Assembly: GCF_018350175.1 (NCBI RefSeq)
Contig: NC_058369.1
Span: 23,810,001 to 23,874,000 of the forward strand
Reading direction: 5' to 3'
Origin: Felis catus
Lineage: Eukaryota
DNA: 64,000 nt
The notes beneath the pieces were generated by a model, which was not told the origin of the DNA, ran no database searches, and saw only the letters and a list, made by a program, of their open reading frames with translations. Both the position numbers and the translations under genes were made by a program. Of this stretch, positions 60,454 through 64,000 are shown one piece after another (within the stretch, counting starts at the first letter, position 1; the number at the start of each line of letters is the position of its first letter).

Positions 60454-60685
60454 GGGGCGTCTGGGTGGCTCAGTCAGTTAAACGTCCGACTTCGGCGCAG
60501 GTCATGATCTTGAGGTTTGTGAGTTAGAGCCGCGGATTGGGCTCTGTGCTGACAGCTCAGAGCCTGGAGCCTGCTTTGGATTCTGTGTTTCCCTCTCTCT
60601 CTCTGTCCCTCCCCTGCTCTCTCTCTCTCTCTCTCTCAAAAATATGTAAACATTAAAAAAAACAAAAACAAAACAAACAAAAAAA
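60454..60685 (+). mobile_element. Feline CanSINE (SINEC_Fc)
   Basis: Full body; TSD aaaa[c/a]cactgggct at 60439-60452 and 60682-60695. Confidence 0.97.
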
Positions 60686-61149
60686 ACACTGGGCTGCATG
60701 GTCACCAAAGTGACCAAGGTTCTAAGTCATCTGATTATCTGATTCTAGAATCTATAGAGTAGAGGTCAGGAGACAGTTAAGGAAGATCTGGGAATTGTTT
60801 CTCTTTGAGTCCCAGGGGAAAAGGCAGTTGGCAGGTTTAGGAGAGAAAGCCATCCTGGCCCTACCACTCCTCAGTTCTGCAACCTGTTTCTCCTCCTTTG
60901 TGCTCCTCTCCCTTCCTTCACATGGAAAATTCAGAAACTGCCCAGTTCTCCTTTGGGAAAATAAAAAAAAAAAACAAAAAACTTTTTTTTCTCAATTACA
61001 TGAACTTAATTTAATCCATTTTCCTTTGGGTAACGGAGATACCCAACAATCTACTGTATCATTTATAAGGCCACTAACTATAATGGTAGCTCAAATGGAA
61101 AAAGGACATGTGTGCCTAGTTCTATGATTTAGAGATAGTATCTTTTCTT

Positions 61150-61310
61150 GTGCCTCAGAGTACCTACAAAATATTATCACCCCCATTTTTCAGAAGAGAA
61201 GACGGAGGGAAAAAAGTCAATTGTGACTTACACAATTCACCAAGCTAGCCAACAATAAAAAAGGATTTCAAGTTCCAACGCCTACACTCGTGGCCACTTT
61301 ACTATGTTAA
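61150..61310 (-). mobile_element. MIR fragment
   Basis: 'tattatcacccccatttttcagaagagaagacggagg...gtgacttacac'. Confidence 0.65.
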
Positions 61311-61844
61311 AGAAAATTAGATAACCTACGATAACCTATTTAAAAAAAATACAGACTTTACTCATTTATTTTCTCTCACAAGCACTCTGCCACTTTAAGG
61401 AAGCTTACTATCACGCCCAATGATATGAAGCATAAAACTGTTTTGAATGTTTGTTTCATCTCTACTGACATCTAGCAAGCAGATTTACCATGTGCATATT
61501 TATCATCTCAAAGGGAAATACATTATTTAGTTTTGGGGTTTTATCTTCTCCATCCTCTGTCCCTGAAACAGCACAAGAAATGTGTACACTCTGTTCTTAT
61601 TTGTTGTCATAAGATACTAGCAGCATGCTGGGAAATAATGTTCCACACTTTGTGTTAAGACTTTTCTTTTTTAAACAGAGCTTGTGTAAATCACAGACAA
61701 AGTTGACAAATTTCACGGCTTAGTCATGGCTAGCATATCAGATTTCATGGTTTGACAGAGATTAACAAGAAAATCATATTAGAGTTACAACTATTAGTAG
61801 ATTCTTAGATATTTGGTAAAGACACTCCAAGCTCTCCAAACTGC

Positions 61845-62090
61845 ACTGCCCCCTGCCCGCCACGGCCACTGCCGTCCCGGGGACCCCGGGACGCAGAGCA
61901 CCCACGACTCCGGGGATCCTTGAGCACTCCACAGAGTCACCTCCTGGCTACAGCAGGGGTGAGCTGGTGCCTCATGGGCTCCAGGGAAAGGTCTAGCATC
62001 ATATAATAAAGCAAGGTTTAGCAGTTATGACCCAATAGGGAGAAAAAAACACATGCACTCTACCCTAACATCGCACGCGCTAAGGAGAGG
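61845..62090. promoter_or_regulatory. Small CpG-rich patch with GC palindrome
   Basis: 8 CpGs in 61855-61915 plus tcgcacgcgc at 62071; too short for a formal CpG island. Confidence 0.3.
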
Positions 62091-62974
62091 ATTCAATGAT
62101 CATAGTTGTTGAAACTAAGATATTTTAGGTAAAAAATTCAGTTTTCACATCTTTATGAGGAGGCAATTCAGCAGAGGCCTTGTTAAAAGTGGTGGCCTGC
62201 AAGCAGAGACTTCAAAAAGCCTGCTGCCTGCAGAGCCATTTGGCCCGAGGGCTCTGCATATCCTCTTTCGGGTAAGAGCTTACTAGCTTGTCAACTCTGC
62301 ATAAAAGACAGCCAATTTGTCAGCCATTTGCTTTAATTCTCTTTCCTAGTCTTCCTAACGATAAACTCCATACACCTTCTGGTCTTCAATATCATGTATC
62401 CGACTGGAGGATGGAAATTCACTGGAGCCTCAGTCCGGTTTCCTTCCCAGGCGATCCTCCTGGGTCTTATAGGATGTCCTTAATCAGAACCACATCACTC
62501 GGCTAGAGGAAGTCCTTGCACAGACGCTGGCAAGACACTAGGGCAAATTAGTTTCAGAACACGGAAGGTCAGATTGGGAATAAAAGCTGCAGTCATCTAT
62601 TGTGTTTTCTTTAGTTGAGAAAATTAAGGCAGGGTGCCTGACTCTTAAGAAACAAAGATCTGGATAAGCAGTAGCCACTTAGGGAAGGAGTTCCCTTGAC
62701 TGCTGACAACAATAGTCACTTGTGGGAATGGAAAGTCCTCAAATATTCCAGGTATTCTGAACGTGAGCAAGAATTTTCTCACTTTCTCCACATAAGTTTT
62801 TATATGTCAACAGCACCCTAGACTGGTAAAATAACAATAGCCAAGTAAGGTATTACAAGTTTGGCGAAAAAATTATTGCCAACGAGGGGTGTGTATGTGT
62901 TTGTGTGTGTACACATCTGTACATATATTACACATATTCTGTGCGTGTTAGAGAAATAAAGCTTACTTTAATAA

Positions 62975-63230
62975 TAATGACAATAATAATAGCCACCATT
63001 TATTGTGCTCTTACGTGACAAGCATATGGTAATAGGCACTTTTCATGAATTATTTCATTTACTCTCTCAACAAATTAGCATGGTAGAGATTATCTTTGTC
63101 CCTAATTTACAGATTAAGAAAAACAAAAATAGAAACAAAACACTGAGATCAGAAGGGTTCCTGCCACAAGTTTAGTCATAGAGCCCTAAGTTGATCCCAT
63201 GGGTGCTTGACTCCTGTGTTTTTAACCACC
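62975..63230 (-). mobile_element. MIR
   Basis: 'aataataatagccaccatttattgtgctcttac', 'atttacagattaagaaaa'. Confidence 0.85.
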
Positions 63231-64000
63231 AAGGTGTGCTCAGCCCTGCAAATTCCCCTCACTTCCACGGAGATGAGTGCCCAAGCTGACTCTGAAAACA
63301 AAGTACAAATTTCCTGGGAAGCAGGGATGGGGGCCGTATTACTTCACCAGCACACAAGTGTGAGAGTTCTTCTGGAAAGGCTGGGCAGATGGAGGGAGGG
63401 GTGCGAGAAGAGGGAGAAGTTGTTGCAGAAATCTAAGACCTACTTCTCCACAATCTTGCCCAGGACCAGCCTGCCTGGGGAGGGGAGGCCCAGAGAACCA
63501 GAAGGACCAGGAGGCTTAATGGAAATCTGTCCCTCATCCAATTTCAAACTGGTAGCCTTCCCTCATCATGAATGGGTTTGCCCTGGAGATTTTGGGCAAG
63601 AAGCATTTCCAGTGTGCTTCTACCTTAACTAACACCACAGGGGCAGCTAACAATTACAAAAGGAATGAATTTTTTCATCAAACGTCCTTCCATAAAACCA
63701 TTTCCCAGGAAATGTAACACAGCATGGAGCTAGCCGACTGCAATTTTCCACCAACAATGAGCATCGTGGGGCACAGGTACTATATTTAAACGATTTTCCT
63801 CCAGCTTTTTGGCAAGGCTCTCTCTCAAGGAGACTTAGTTGGGCCGAGGTCTCATTCCCCTCCGGCCAGCAGGATTGGAATGTTTAATACGACCCTGTCT
63901 CTTCAACACCCATGTGTAAAATGCCAATAAACAAGCCGGCAAAGACCTGCAGGTCTAATTGCCTTTTAACTCCGCCAAGATGATAAACTCCCAGAGCAAG

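Noticed and set aside
1..64000. CRISPR array, operon or other novel multi-gene system; naming a host gene or locus
   Set aside because: No repeat-spacer array or gene cluster; the sequence is repeat-rich mammalian DNA with no exon I can assign to a known gene

Overview
Mammalian genomic DNA, almost certainly felid: 14 tRNA-derived CanSINEs of the feline SINEC_Fc type, most with recognisable target-site duplications. I find no protein-coding gene, structural RNA gene or prokaryotic-type system. The long ORFs in the track run through repeats or microsatellites, or resemble no family I recognise. The window reads as gene desert or a very large intron. It carries ancient eutherian repeats (MIR, L2, L1M/HAL1 relics, MLT1 and MER74/MER110-like LTRs, hAT MITEs MER5A/20/58/103/117), microsatellites, and repeat-free, motif-dense stretches that resemble enhancers. 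I see no convincing new biological system. The best leads are: (1) a chain of strong minus-strand splice acceptors at 53-57 kb downstream of a small CpG-rich palindromic patch, suggesting a spliced non-coding transcript; (2) a CTCF motif completed by the first bases of a SINE; (3) a perfect 39-bp fold-back inside a 202-bp purine/pyrimidine alternation; (4) three (GT)n tracts of exactly 48 bp. Repeat subfamily names come from remembered consensus sequences and need RepeatMasker/Dfam confirmation. Boundaries of old repeats are approximate.
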